Source of the DNA: Octopus sinensis
Lineage: Eukaryota
Assembly: GCF_006345805.1 (NCBI RefSeq)
Contig: NC_043008.1
Coordinates: forward strand, 4,774,001-4,838,000
DNA length: 64,000 bases
Reading direction: 5' to 3'
Shown here: one piece after another, positions 12,432 to 26,167 of the stretch
Position numbering within the stretch: the stretch's first letter is position 1
Layout of the letters: each line of letters starts with the position of its first letter
Notes under the pieces: model-generated
Seen by the model: only the letters and a program-made list of their open reading frames with translations
Told to the model about the DNA's origin: nothing
The model's database searches: none
Translations under genes and position numbers: made by a program

Positions 12432-13239
12432 ATTTGCATCATTTTTATCCCATTCCATCAAAACAATTCTCATTATGAGCCAAGAACACAGTGTCAAAGT
12501 GATCACGTGACCTGATAGAAATAGTGGCCAAATCTCAAATCTCTTTCAAATTACAACCAACCATCTTTGAAAAAAAAAAATGAGGAAAAAAAACCATCCT
12601 GAAATGAAGAACATCTTAGATAATAAGGTTCTGGGCACATTATTACTGGAAGAAATATGAGATGGTCAGAGAGGAAATGCCTTTAATAGATCCACTTGAT
12701 CAGAGCTGAGCTGGGACTGAACAATTACATCACTACAAATCACACAGCCTGCATACCATTACTCAAGCTGCTAGAAATAGCAAGTAAACTTTTCTCAAAT
12801 CACATTCTGCCATCTTAAAAAATGGAGCAATGCACTGAATAATCTTGGTGGTGGTGGTCAGCTTGTTTTGCTTTTTTATTGAGTCCACAGACTAGAGGTT
12901 AAAGAATTGGTACCATCAAGATGTGAATAGTCTTGTTTCTCTTCATATATCCTATTTAAAGAGGGACATGAAGAGAGATTGAAAAGAAAGGGAAACTGTG
13001 TGTATGTGACAGAGAGAAAGAGAGAGAGAGAGAGGGGGGTGCATGTGAGGGGGTGGGGGGTAAAGTTAACTTCAGTCCTTGATTGATGCTTTATTGACCA
13101 AAAGGGATGAAAGCAAAATTGGCTTCAGTCAGGTGTTTTAATTAAGAGCAGAGAAACCTCCCCTGCACAGCTTCCCATCTTGTGTCCAAGCTTAGAGAAT
13201 AATGAGGGATCTGCGTAGAGAAAGAAACACTTTGCTATC

Positions 13240-13660
13240 CTTCTTCTTCTTCACAATGTCAAGCCATTGTTCATTTTTCACTTTTCTCTTGGTTCTGTCA
13301 TTGGACTTCAGCCATACTGGGGCACCATCTTCAAGGGTTTTAATCAAATGAATCGACCCCTGTACTTCATTTTTAAAACCTGGTATTCTATCAGTCTCTT
13401 TCTGCTGAACGACAAAGTCATGTAAACAAACCAATATTGGCTGTCAAGCAATGGCAGGAGGAAAACACACACGCACGCATGCACGCACACACGCACACAT
13501 ACGACAGGTTTCTGTCTACCAAATCCACTCTCAAGACCTTGGTTTATACTAGAAGATACTTGCCAGAGGTGCCATATAATGGCACTAAACCCAAAACCAT
13601 ATGGTTGGGAAGCAGATTCCTTCCCACCCAGCTGTCCTTGTGCCATGTTTAACTACCCTG
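13240..13660 (-). mobile_element. Family A SINE, short-tail type
   Basis: tRNA-like head near 13640, CORE-like segment, internal (GT/GC)n, tail matching 17700-17840 and 30420-30570. Confidence 0.7.
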
Positions 13661-14557
13661 GTAATTGTTCTATTCTGCTTCTCTTTCATTATACACCCTT
13701 ATATTATTATCTATGAAATATCTCAAAAAGTACTTTTATAATATGTCTACTTCTGCACTCTGTTTCAATTAGCTTGATCCCTAGTCATCATTAGGTCCTT
13801 CAGTTCTTGGATATCTGCTGGATTTAAACTAAGAAGTATGAACTTGTACAGGAAGCAATGGCATAGTATATGAAGACATTGGAACGCTTAATTCAGAAAT
13901 AAGCATCTTATTCCAAATTTGGTCCAAAACCATTTATATATTCTGAAATAAGATGGCTGCAGATTAAGTTGTTTGCAACATAGTGTAGGTATAAATGTTG
14001 AAAATATATTCTATAAAGCTGAGGTTAATAAAATAAAAAATTAGGATCATAATATCAACAACTCATTTTAGACATTTAATCAACAAGATTACGCATGTTT
14101 TTCCAAATAAATTAATCATATTCCTTACAACCAACATCAATAGATTACTTCTGTTGCCATTATCTTCTTTTAGCATTCTGCTCTTCAGGAATAAGGAGAA
14201 TCAGATTGAGTCCATTTTGTTGCAAGCATTTTGGGTCATTTTTTCTGCTCTAAGGATAATTTCCTACCTTCTTCCCACCAGTTTCAGGAACCCTCAATAG
14301 ACACAGCTCTTCTTTTTCTGACTAAAACTTTGAAAGTAAATATATTATCATCATTGTTTTGAAATCCAGTTTCCGATGCTTGCAGCTGTTATTCTTGTTG
14401 CCAACCTACACCTGTTTCCAAACAAAGTAATACATACAGTTGTAAGATAAATTAAATGGTAGAACCATTTGAACATCAGATCAAATGCTCAAGGTGTTGT
14501 CTGTTCTGGTTCTTTAGATTCTATGTTCAAATTTGGTCAAAGTCAACTTTGCCTTTG

Positions 14558-14785
14558 ACCCATTAGCATTTAAACCAGCCATGTCCAGCCAAAATACTCT
14601 ACCATTTTTATGCTTAAACTGGCCAGATCTGGTCTCTCACACCAACCCTACAATATCAGTTACCTACAATTAACAGTTACCTCATCATAATCTCAAACCC
14701 ACGACATAATGCATGAATAATTCAAAAGAATGTGAATAGATAGGCATTCTGTTTGTCGGAATAATGGGAATGCCAAAGGGGTGAT
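14558..14785. mobile_element. piggyBac-type MITE, second family
   Basis: Homologous to 43328-43560 (TTAA|CCCTTTAGCATTTAAAC...); termini degenerate here. Confidence 0.55.
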
Positions 14786-15224
14786 CCTTTCAAGGCCAGT
14801 AAAATAAAGTGCCAGTCCAAAGGAGTGGGTTGGTGGAATTGTAAGTCTCTTGAGCATAATGCTTTGTGGCAACTGTTCCAGTTTTATAAGCTCTAACTAC
14901 CCATGTAAGCAAATGTGCATTTAGCCAATGTGTCTTACAAATAAAATCTTAAAATTCTTAAAAGAAGGAAACCACCTTTGTATTCTCCCATGAAAATTCC
15001 ATGATAAGCATATTGTGGTTGTCAACTAAGTCACCAGGGTGCACCCATTGACCTGACAGTGCTAAACAAAGAAGGAAGACGCTCTGCATTCAGACATCTA
15101 CAAATACGACCCATTTTAATCCTGAAATGAACAGCTGGGATGCCTTTGTTTGCATCTTTCAAATGTAGGACTGTCCTCCTACATTTTACCATTCAAAATG
15201 ATGATGATTATTATTATTGTTACT

Positions 15225-15680
15225 AGCGAAGTGGATTGGATGAATCATTTGGGACGTTGGTAAAAAAACAATGCTTTGCAGCATTTTGTTTTTGAGTTCT
15301 TAGATTCTGGGTTCAAATCTCACTGAGTCTACTTCCCTTTCCCTCTTTTCAAAATCTATAAAATAAAGGACCAGTTAAGTCCTGGAGTTGAGTTAATTGA
15401 CTAAGACCTTCTTCTGCATCAGCCTCAGGCCTATATTAGAAGCAGTTAATATTACAAGACCTATCAAGGTAGTGAGCTGACAGAATTACGGGTGCACGGG
15501 GTAAAGTAATGATTTGCAGCATTTCGTCCTTCTTTATAGTTTGAGTTAAAATCCCACCCAGGTCAGCTTTTGCCCTTTTCGGGTCGATAAAGTAAGTGCC
15601 AGTTGAGCACTGGGGTTGTTGTAATCAACTTACTCCCTCCCCCGAAATTTCTGACCATATGCCAAAATTTGAAACCAATA
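15225..15680 (+). mobile_element. Two adjacent family B SINEs
   Basis: Units at ~15225-15450 and ~15467-15680 match the family B motifs. Confidence 0.65.
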
Positions 15681-16736
15681 TTACAAGACTTGTGATCAAA
15701 AGCACTTCTAGCCAACCTAGAGTCTACCCCAAATCCACATTATCCAATGCATCTGCTTTTTTTTTGCTTTTTTAAGATGAAGTAGTCTGAAGATATTTTA
15801 GCACATCAACCATCCACTTTGAGGCTCCCTTATTCACTTGTATTCCTAAGTCTGGGGATTACATGTTTTCCATTTTTTGCAATAACATCACTTTAACCTT
15901 TGCAAATATTTCTTTGCAGAATTCTCTAAATGCCTTTAAAACATTTGTTATTCTTCGGTGCAGTCTGGTCATAGTGTAGTCAGTACAGAAAGGCCACTCA
16001 AAGACATTTACATGACAAGCTGAAGAATTTTCCAATCTTCTCTTGAGTTTTTAACTTAATATCACAATTTCATTATTGGTGAATGAAAAGGTTGTGTGTT
16101 AGAAGAAGTCTCTGCTGAGTCAGTCGACGCTTGATTGCATTTCTGATGATGAGAGTAACTCATGGAGAATAAATAGCACAAAGAACTCGTAAACTTCATA
16201 AAGCACCTGCTTTTCTCTGTGTGTGTGTGTGTGTGTGTTGGTGGGGGTGGTAAGGAGAAGCTGGTGGGGGAGGGTCTTTTGATTGCTCACTGATATTTAC
16301 ATCTTTCACCAACATATATTAGCAAAAAATAACTACACATATGCTCACATACACACATATACACCCACACTCAAACATATATATATGTGTATGCTTTATA
16401 TATGTGTGTGTGTTATCAGATATGGAAGGCCAATTGGGAAAGCAATGCTTCTCATCGCCACCAACGGAGAAAACAAGTAAAGGAGGGGGGGGGCTATTTC
16501 CAAGGAAATACATATTTTTCCTGCTGAACTTAAGTGAGCTACTCAAAAGTGCCCAGCCAATGTAGTGAGTGGGGTAAGTTGGGTCTACAGTGTCTGCTGA
16601 TGTCTCTGTCTCTCAAGAGTTGGGCTTGTTGGTCATCGACAGAGCCACAAGTGTAAAGTAGGATTTCTGTCTGAGTGCCTAGGGTTCTTAATGGTCTTTC
16701 TCAGACATGAAGACACAGTCACCATGTATGCATGCA

Positions 16737-16791
<55 letters not shown>

Positions 16792-16806
16792 CATACACAC
16801 ACACAC

Positions 16807-17049
16807 ATGAGGAGGTACTGAAAAGTTCCTGGCTTTGGGTAAAAGAAAATAATGGGAGGATCAGTGAATTATGATTTTATTCAACATATTCCCCCCCCCC
16901 CCCTCAGGTTCCCCTCTTAGATTCACACACTTACTGCAGCGGTTCTTCAGTTTTTCTGAGCCCTGTAAAAAACCTTGAAAGGTTGGGCCTCCAACCCCAG
17001 GCCTTTTGTAATATCCTTAAAGCCAGGACCTTTTCAGCACCCCCTTGTA
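16807..17049. mobile_element. Mariner-type MITE (~240 bp)
   Basis: ~30-bp TIRs: ATGAGGAGGTACTGAAAAGTTCCTGGCTTT and AAAGCCAGGACCTTTTCAGCACCCCCTTGTA. Confidence 0.8.
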
Positions 17050-17189
17050 TGTATATGATATATATTTAGATGATGATGACGACGACAAAGATGACTATTG
17101 CAAATCGATTTCAAGCAATGCTATCACTTGATTACTCTCTCTTAAAGTGAAAAGTCAGAGCTGTATCTTTCCAATCCTGCTCAGGACTT

Positions 17190-17335
17190 ACACATCTTTC
17201 TCAAAAGATGTAGCAATGATGGGCACCTCTTGCAGCAGGTGTTCAGAGACTTTGTGACCTACACTGACATGTGCCTTCATACCACTATTGAATACTTTAA
17301 TGGGGTGGTGTGTTACTTCTTTTGGCCATGGCCAG
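17190..17335 (-). mobile_element. Possible RTE-type RT fragment
   Basis: 'IKVFNSGMKAHVSVGHKVSE' resembles the RTE pre-QG segment. Confidence 0.35.
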
Positions 17336-17469
17336 CTATAATACACAACACATAACACACACACCCTCAAGCACACACACACACACATATAAATATATAA
17401 AACATAAGCATGTGTATAAATACGTGTGAGTGTGGGTGCATGCATGTGCATTTATAGTATTATCGTTAT

Positions 17470-17842
17470 AGGTGCAGACATTGCTGTGTTGTGGAAAGAA
17501 GCTTGCTTCCCAACCACATGGTTCTAGGATCAGTCCCACTGCATGGCATCTTGGGCAAATGTCTTCTATAGTCTCGGGCTATCCAAATCCTTGTGAGTGG
17601 ATTTGATTGGAGGGACCTGAAACAAACCCTGTGTGTGTGTGTGTGTCTTTGTGACAGTGTTTGTCCCCCACCAATGTTGGTGTGTTTATGTCCTTGTAAC
17701 ATAGCTGTTTAGCAAAGAGACCAACAGAAAAAATACCAGGCTTTAAAAAAAAAAGTCCGTACTAGGTTCACTTCATTCAACTAAGAAAATTCCTCAAAGC
17801 AGTGCTGCAGCATGGCCACAGTCTAATGAAAGATAAAAGATA
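17470..17842 (+). mobile_element. Family A SINE, short-tail type, full length
   Basis: Head AAGAAGCTTGCTTCCCAACCACATGGTTCTAGGATCAGTCCC, CORE-like GGCATCTTGGGCAAATGTCTT, (GT)n, tail. Confidence 0.8.
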
Positions 17843-18528
17843 GAACATAATACTATGTTCAATAGCAATCAAGTGTGACTTGTACCGCATCTTTAAATAA
17901 TGGTTTTGTGTGTCCATGTAGCCATAAGCAAACAGCTCTTAATTCTTCATCCTACCCTTCACCTAACTAAACATTCAAAGCATGGCAGCACTTGATGAGT
18001 AATTTCAAAATTCTTTTTTCTTATATATTTCATTTATGGTAGCACATTAGTTTGTTGATGCCCCAGCTTTACAGAGGATCTGGTTTCATGTTTTAAGACT
18101 CCTCATAGATTGCTTACGATGCCTCTCAACTGTCAAAGTCAACAATATATCTTCTTACGAAATACACAAACTCAATACCACTGACATAAAGAAATTAATA
18201 TGATGGAACAGCTCCAGAAGTTTATCCATAGATTATATTTTCTTAGCAAACAAATACAGGTTTATATTGTATGTGATTTCTTGGCTGTCAGCCTTGCATC
18301 ATTATGTAAATAATAATATTTGCATTTGTAATAGGTTCTTTACATTATTCATAAGAGTCTCCATTCTTCTTCACTTTGGCAGCTGAGAGGTGAGATAAGC
18401 AATTTCTTATGAGTATTAAGAAAAACCAAAGGGCATCATTTGCTTTTTTTTACATAAAGGTAGCTGCATACAGGTTTGTATGTATGTGTATATATAGTTT
18501 ATGCATATCTGTGTGTGTTCATAAATAA

Positions 18529-18565
<37 letters not shown>

Positions 18566-19023
18566 CTGTATGTGTGTATGTACTTATACATGTGATATAT
18601 ATATAGGTAGATAGATGTGTGTGTGCATATATGTACACACACATATCTATCTATACATATAGACATATATAATTGTTAAAGAGGACAACAAACGTTAAGG
18701 CAAGGCAAACATCTCAAGTCAAATACATTATTATTATTATTATTATTGGAAACAAATTCAAAGTCTTACAGCTGTTTCTGGGATATCGCAGAGTATGTGA
18801 TATTCCATCATTGGAGACAAATAGGGAAAATGAGGAGGGTACAGCTCAATGAACTGATGAGATAGAGGGCAGGAGAGAAGGAAGTCCAACTTAAATCTAC
18901 ACAATCAGAAAGTTGAACTGTGAACTTTTATGCCTTTTTTTTCTTCCCTCTCTTCATCTCCTTATTCCTTCTCTCCTCTCCTCTATGTCATCATTCCATT
19001 ACTCTATACCCTTCTTATTGTCC

Positions 19024-19160
19024 CTCTAGTTCTGATACTGACTCAGCTATTAGAGCAAGGTCATCAGCGTAGAGGAGCTCCCAGGGGCAGCCTCTATTGA
19101 ATTCCTGTTATTGCCTGGAGGACTCTGATGAATAAGAGGTGGATGAGGACTGATCCTACT
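19024..19160 (-). mobile_element. RTE-clade reverse transcriptase fragment (YADD core)
   Basis: 'GSVL..LLFIRVLQAIT' then, frameshifted, 'CPWELLYADDLALIAESVSELE'. Confidence 0.85.
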
Positions 19161-19399
19161 TTTAATGTATTAATTGATTAATATTTTACAAATAATTATT
19201 TACCCTGGATAAATAATTAAAAGCTATTTTTGATTGAAGGTTTTCTTCAATTTTATAATCAGATGATTTTATACCGAAATTTGTTCATTGCAAGCAACCA
19301 GTCATTGTAAAGACTGTTAGTTGAAAGGACCAATGAAACAAAACCATTTTCTAATATGTATCTATTAAACTAATTGTATATGTTTGCTTATCACCTTAT

Positions 19400-19570
19400 T
19401 TTTGTTCCATTCTAAACAAAACTGCCCGACAAACGGGAGCATGAAACTCTGAATATCAGTTTTTGTAATATTTTTGCTGCTTTTTAATAAAGTATATTGC
19501 TCTGCCTCTGGTATTTGAGTACTATTTTTTCCACCTTGTTTCGCATTTATATGCTTACTCTGGTATATAT
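19400..19570 (+). mobile_element. Short element with decayed hammerhead-like head, same family as 29345-29485
   Basis: AAAACTGC-CCGACAA-ACGGGAGCAT-GAAA-CTCTGAAT-A-TCAGTTTT, followed by a ~100-bp tail matching 29400-29485 and ending at (TA)n. Confidence 0.55.
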
Positions 19571-19574
19571 ATCA

Positions 19575-20245
19575 TCATCATCATCGTTTAATATCCTTTT
19601 TCCGTGTTGGCATGAGTTGGACGGTTCGACTGGGGATCTGGGAAGCCAGGAGGCTGCACGAGGCTCCAATCTAAACTGTTTTCTTCAGCTGGATGCCCTT
19701 CCTAACGCCAACCACTCCAAGAGTGTAGTGAGTGCTTTTTATGTGCCACTGGCACAGGGGCCAGAGGGGGCTGGCATCGACCACATTTAGATGGTGCTTT
19801 TCCATGCCACTGGCACAGGAGCCAGTCAATGCAGCACTGGTATCGGCCACATTCAGATGGTATTTTTCATGTGTCACTGGCACCAGAGCCAATCAGGGTG
19901 AGGGGGATCTGGCATCGACCATATTTGGATGGTGCATTTTACATGCCACCGGCACAGGGAGCCAGACAGGTGGCACTGGCATCAGTCACAATTAGAATTT
20001 CCATTTGATTGTGGTTTGATTTGATTTTGATGTTGATGTACTTGACTCAATAGGTCTCCTCAAGCACAGCAGGTCACCCTACGATCCAAGGTACTTTTGA
20101 GTGGGCTGGTTATGCGACACTGGTATGGACTACAGCTGTGATCTCACTTTACTTGCTGGGTCTTCTCAGTCACAGCACATCTCCAGAGGTCTCAGTCTTT
20201 CATCATTGCCTCTGTGAGGCCCAGCGTGAACCCCAACAGCTACAC
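19575..20245 (-). mobile_element. RTE-type LINE 3' end with internal ~55-bp minisatellite and (GAT)n tail
   Basis: 'LGLTEAMMKD*DLWRCAV' C-terminus; repeats of GTGGCA..AAAAGCACCATC; GGAAGGGCATCCAGCTG motif; (GAT)n end. Confidence 0.7.
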
Positions 20246-20249
20246 CATA

Positions 20250-23200
20250 CTTTTCTACCATGGATGAGATTATGTAGGGTCATTCATACCCAACTTCCTT
20301 GCCACATCCTTCCATCTTTTCCCGAATATACTTCGCATCAGGTGCCTCTCCAGCCCTATCTTGCTCTTCAGATGATATCTGAAGTAATAAAGCAAACCAG
20401 GGCCAGAGATGAGAATTCCTGTCATGACTCCTTTTATTCTAGTTTTCCTTATACACTCTTTCAATACGGCGACTGTGCATAAAAAACATGCCTCACTTTC
20501 CTTTGATAGTCTAGGTGGTGGTACAATCTGAATCATGGACTCAGCAGTGAGCTGTACTCTTCCTAGATGTGACATCATGTGTTCTACATAGATTATCAAG
20601 CCCAAAAGCTCTGGGCACTGAATAAGAGCATGCAGGACAGCTTCATCGCCCCACCCACACTTTGGGCATGTCAGTGACACAGACATTCTATGCTGAGACA
20701 ATCTGTTGTGAACAGGTAACGCAATTCTATAGCACTGCCAAGTCAGGGATTTCTGGTAGTTATCCAGCTACCCTGGCCTGAAAGTTCTTTGAAACAGGTT
20801 GGCTAGCTGGCCTTCATCAAGCCCCGGAGCTTCTCCTAGGACGTCATCTCTCATAAATTCTACCAGCCCTCTATAGAATATCGAGGTGGTATTCCCACTG
20901 CCAACTTTGTCCACCTTATGGATTAGCACAAGTGCCTGTCAGCACTCCTTTTGCCATTCAGTCATGTTATGTCTTTTAATGAAGGTAACTGTTTATTTGG
21001 ACTGTGGATTTGATGCCACCATAAATGGCAGTGATCCAACCACAGAAGTCTGGACCTAGCCCAGCTGCTTCGAGGACCGCCACCAGGTATTAGTGGTCTA
21101 CCCTATCAAAAGCTTTACTCTGGTCTAAATGGACCAGTGCCCCACCTTTACTGGATAATTTACCCACCCTCTCTAAGGTGTAGTGCAGGAGATGGAGATT
21201 GTCCTGGATCAACCTGAATGGGATGGTGCATGTCTGCACCCTCCCAACAAGTTTCTTCGCAACACTCGCCAACCTCTTTGCTAGCACCTTGGCCAAAATC
21301 TTTAACTCTACATTGAGTAGAATTATGGGCCTAAAATTACTAATATGGTCCCGCTTGCTCAAGTCTTTTCTGATCAGCGTCACCAGTCCCTGACTCACAG
21401 AGCTAGGAATCCTCCTATCCTGCTGCCAGTTAGTGTAGATGCAGGCCAGCAAGTGTCCGAATAAGTCTGGCATGCTACAATAAAATTCATAGGGCAGACC
21501 ATCCAGCCCCGGCAACTTGTCCCTGGTGCACTCAGCCAGCACCTCTTCAACCTCCATAGCCATAATCAGCCCTTCACAGCATTCCACCTCCTGTGCCAAG
21601 AGTCATGGCCCACTGGCAAGGGAGTTCCTTAGGGACTCCCCACAGTCCAGCCTGTCACTCTCCCCAAACAACCAAGCAAAATGCTGGTGAAAAGCCTTTT
21701 GCATCTCTTCCTGTTCTTCCATCATACGCATATGTTCGTCCATTAAAGAATATCCACACGATGTGCCCGTCCGGCAATGTTAATACCCTCTCTCCCCACC
21801 ACACAAAGCTTAGCTCTGACTCTACACCTTTTGTGTTTGGCTTTGAGATGATGGAAAAAAAACCACTTCTGCTGCCATCACTCTGGCTGCAGACCCGGAT
21901 TCCATGGCTTCATCTAATTCCTTAATTAAGGTCCCTTCTATTTGAATCTTATCTGGACTTAGCTGTTTACTAAATCTAATAGAATATAGAGCGAATGGCT
22001 CGCTTTCTAGTAGCATTTTGAGGCCAGGGTTTCCCTTCTATTGGTCGACCCAACACTATCCACCCATGCATCGAGAATAGTGTTAAAGTCTCCAAGTACA
22101 ACTAGAGTTTTTGACGTCACTAAGAAGTTCTCCAGGTCCCAGAAAAACCCTGCTCATCAATTAAAGACTTTATAGAGGTTTCTCTGCCTCTACGACTCTC
22201 CACATGACAATCCCATCCGGCAACTCTCCCCACTGCACATAACATAGCCCTGACTCTACACCCTTCGTGTTTGGCTTTGAGGTGGCGAAACAAGACCGCC
22301 CTCGCCACCGTCACTCTAGATACAGAGCCAGATTCCATGGCCTCTTCTAATTCCTTAACTAATTTCCCTTCTATTCTAGTCTTTTCTAAACTTAGCTGTT
22401 TGCTAAATCTAACAGACTCTGAACGAATGGCTCTTTTGAGGGCCCACCACCATCTATTATTGATGATGGCACCACATAATGCCCTCTGAACTAATTCCTT
22501 AATCTGGGCATAGAAGGTTTTACAAGTCAAAATAGACTTGTTTAGCTTCCAGTACCCTGGTCCCCGTCTATGGCACTTAACTAAGTACACCTTACACGTC
22601 ACAAATTTGTGATCCATGTAAGGGATGCAATAGAAATATGGACAACTAACAGTATCCTTATCTCTAATGAATATTCTATCGAGATAAGACCTTTGTGAAC
22701 TGTCATTATTAGACCACGTCCACTGTGGAACAAGTGGTTCATCCAACCTATAACAGTCTACTAAGTCATACCTTGTTAGTAGCCTTTTCAGACCAGGATT
22801 TCCCCTTCATTTTGCTGAGCCAACACTATCCACTCATGCATTGAATATAGTGTTAGAGTCTCCTATTAAAACTAGAGTCTTAGACATTACTAAGAAATTC
22901 TCCAAGTCACAAAAAACCCCAGCTTGCCTACACTCATTCGGAGCATAGACAGCTACCAACCTGAAAGACTGCTTACTTACATGTGTCACATCTAGGTCTA
23001 CCAGCCTACCTTCTGGGTTCAGAAAGACTGTACTTACCTGTACGTCCAAGCTTTTTCTGAACAAAATCACCACACCTGTGCCTCCTAGAAGAGGTGAGAA
23101 CATATGTGGCTCATTCAACTTGGACTCAGTTACCACTCATATATCCAAATTTAGTGACCTGAAGTCGTTCAGGAGACAAATTTGTTTCCATCTCATTTAT

Positions 23201-24060
23201 ACACCCTACTTTAATCTCCATGCAAGAATTTAAAACAGAGAAAGAAACTTAAGTTTTTTCGTTTTGGGGAAGGGCTGCACTAATCTTGGCAGTCTCTCCT
23301 TCTTTTTCTCTCTGGGGTGCAGCCTCTAGTATTTTCTGGACCACTTCTTTAGTCACATCCAGCAAATCATTGGGATATCTTTTTTTTTACATGATTCGTA
23401 CAGTTCATTGTCAATAACTTTTGCCAACCGGATATGGGCTGGCATGTGTTGTACCTGCTTAGATATGAACACCTGCGGGAGTCTTCTACCCATTACTTGG
23501 TTCTTTTCATTGTACTTTATGTATCTTTCTTTTGATTGGGGGGGGGATCTGGGGTTTCGATTTGGGAATGGACTGGGGAACTTTTTCTTGTGTATCTGCA
23601 TGCGTGTTGTTATTGCTTTCTTTGTTAGAGGAGGGGAGTCAGGGGCTGGGGTTTTTTACCTTTTATGTGTCACAACTGTATAATCCATCTCTTCCCTTTT
23701 ATCTCGTTCACTTCCTTTATTGCCATCTTTTGTTTTCTGGGATTTATTCTCCTCTTCTTTGTTTGTCTCTTTCTCTGGTTGTCCCGGGTTTTTTTCTCCT
23801 CCATCTTGTTGGTTTCTATACCTTTTTCTTTTTGGGGAGGGACATCTACTTTTTTTGCCGTTTCACTGTCTGGCCTCACATGTCCCTTCTCACCACACTT
23901 AAAACACCTCGGTCTTTGACCTTCCACCGAAACATGGGCACTTAGTCCCTCCCCTATAAAGATTTGATCTGACCTTGATTCCAGAACCTCATTTGGGGCA
24001 TGTTCGACAATTTCCAGGGTGTGGCCTTTCCAATTAATGGCCTCCCTCCTTCTCATTTTC
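20250..24060 (-). mobile_element. L1/Tx1-type LINE, 5'-truncated, internally rearranged, RT core deleted
   Basis: ORF1 remnant with zinc knuckle 'RPRCFKCGEKGH'; ORF2 start near 23221 'MEIKVGCIN'; APE motifs 'VAVYAPN', 'LIGDSN', 'WTW..SYLDRIF..DHK'; RT 'LPGLDGLPYEFY', 'NFRPIILLNVELKILAK', 'LDQSKAFDRVDH'; C-terminal 'CPKCGWGDEAVLHALIQC'. Many stops and frameshifts. Confidence 0.9.
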
Positions 24061-24312
24061 TGTTACGTTGTTGCCTTTATTGAACTCATAAAACAAAATA
24101 TGCCGAATATGCTCCTTTGTCACTTCCATTATAGCTTTGGAAAAATAACTGTTAAAATCGAACTGCACTCTTCAAAACTTGCACTAAGAATAAGGACATG
24201 GTAAAATATCTACCTGCTTTTATAGCAAAGTGATACGGGTAGTTTATTGCATCCCCCACTGACTTTTTGTTCATGCAATTGAAAAAACTGCATTATTTAT
24301 GGGATGACCCAA
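24055..24312 (-). mobile_element. Mariner 5' fragment (TIR + transposase N-terminus)
   Basis: TA|TTGGGTCATCCCATAAATAATGCAGTTTTT terminus; 'MEVTKEHIRHILFYEFNKGNNVTE' starts near 24128 and is cut by the Tx1 element. Confidence 0.75.
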
Positions 24313-26134
24313 TATACACACACATACATATATAGCTTTTTCATTTGTATGTACATGTACTTATAAACATACAACCAAACTACCAAATGTATGTAGAGGC
24401 ATAATTCTTCAGGCCAATGCTAAAAACTCACAACATGCATATACATACACATATACATACACATATGTTTTCAAGTGATTTCTTTTGTGCTCATATTTTA
24501 TTGGCATCTATTTTTTTTCATATTTTTGCATGTTTACTTTTTTTTCTTTCAATTGCAGTATATGTTTTGCACTTATTATTTACAAAATGACTGATTTTGT
24601 TTGGAGGGTTTTTTTTCTGTTTGTTTATATATATAAACAATTTCAACAAAATTTAAGTATTTCTCCACTTACTAAAGCTGTTGTGTTTGTGTGAATGAAT
24701 ATTATGATCATATAAGTAGGTCCAGTTACACATGTGTCTATTCTCCTCACACTAAATTTGTTTGCTTATAACAATCTGAAAAATGGATATTTTTTAATGA
24801 TAATTTCTGAAAATACATTTCAAACGCTGTAGATTAAGATTATATCAGTATTTGCAGGTGGGTGAGAGTAGTTTGGGATAATTTCAGATACCTCAACTTT
24901 GTTTTCTTATATGCTTTGAAGATGTAGATAACAATTATGTTGAGGACTATACCATATTTTCCTTTCTGGAATTTATTAAATGAAATTTTTTTGAAGAATG
25001 AAATTTTCTAGGCCTATTGTATACTAACCAGCAATACTAACAAATTCCTCTGTTAGTTTTTTTTTTTCTTCAAATTATGCCAGTATCTCTTTCATTAAAA
25101 GCATTTAACAAATTACTCATAGAAAGGGTGGAATAGTTTGCATTTTTTTTTTTTTTTGAGTGAAATGACCATCCCCCACTAATTTGCTTTATTCACATTG
25201 AATTTCAATATAATTGTAATCTGCACCACCTGAAAGTTATCGAGAAAACTTCATTACAAAATATCCAGTTTTCTAAAAGTCATGAAGAAAGTCGAGGCAT
25301 GTGAGTTATCTGAAACGCTTCTCTCTCCCCACAACAAATTCCAAAATAATTATCATAGACACATCTGAAACATTTGTAGAAAATTTCATCAAAAGATACC
25401 CATTCTTTAAAAAGTTATGAGGAAACAAATTTGCGTGCAGGGGCCCACTTGTGTAGTTATGCCCAATAAGTGGATTCGTAAACTTGGACGAGTGTTGATC
25501 AAAATGCTTTGCAATACTGCGTTGCGTCTCTTTACACTTTGAGTTCTATTCCTGCCTTCGTCAATTTAGTTTTTCTTTTCACTTTTAAAGGATCAAAAAA
25601 TAATAAAACTCCAGTCGTTATAAAGAACCTTTTTGAACTTTCAAAACTTCTTTTTTTCGGTTTAACTTATAAAAATTAGTGTAAAAAGGGAAGTAAGTCC
25701 CCTGGCTTCAAATATTCAAGGAAGATAACTCTGGAAATTTATTAATTTTTAAATTTTAGGCAAATATACAAGTTTTGAGTGAATTTTATTTTTTGATGTT
25801 TGTTTTTTTTTATTATTGGTCTTCATTATGGGATTTATGGCCATACTGGGGCACCTAGACTCTAAATAAATTTTTTTTATTGTTTCTCAGTTTAACCGAT
25901 CCCTATTTACACTGTCTCAATTCGTAATACAGAGTCGTATGTTTATTTAGAATAATTTAGGGAACAAAAACATCGTTTATAAAAGAAAGCTAAGAAATCT
26001 GTAAAGAAATAAACGCATCAAGAGAAATAAGAGCTTCACAGAGTTAATAGGAAGGGTTGAGAGTTACCTCCCTTCAGTAACATCTCTATATTTGAACTGG
26101 TTTACATATATATATATATGTATGTATGTATATA

Positions 26135-26167
<33 letters not shown>

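Noticed and set aside
13192-13434. 80-aa protein-like ORF with an apparent acceptor site
   Set aside because: The DNA is the family A SINE tail, matching 17700-17840 and 30420-30570.
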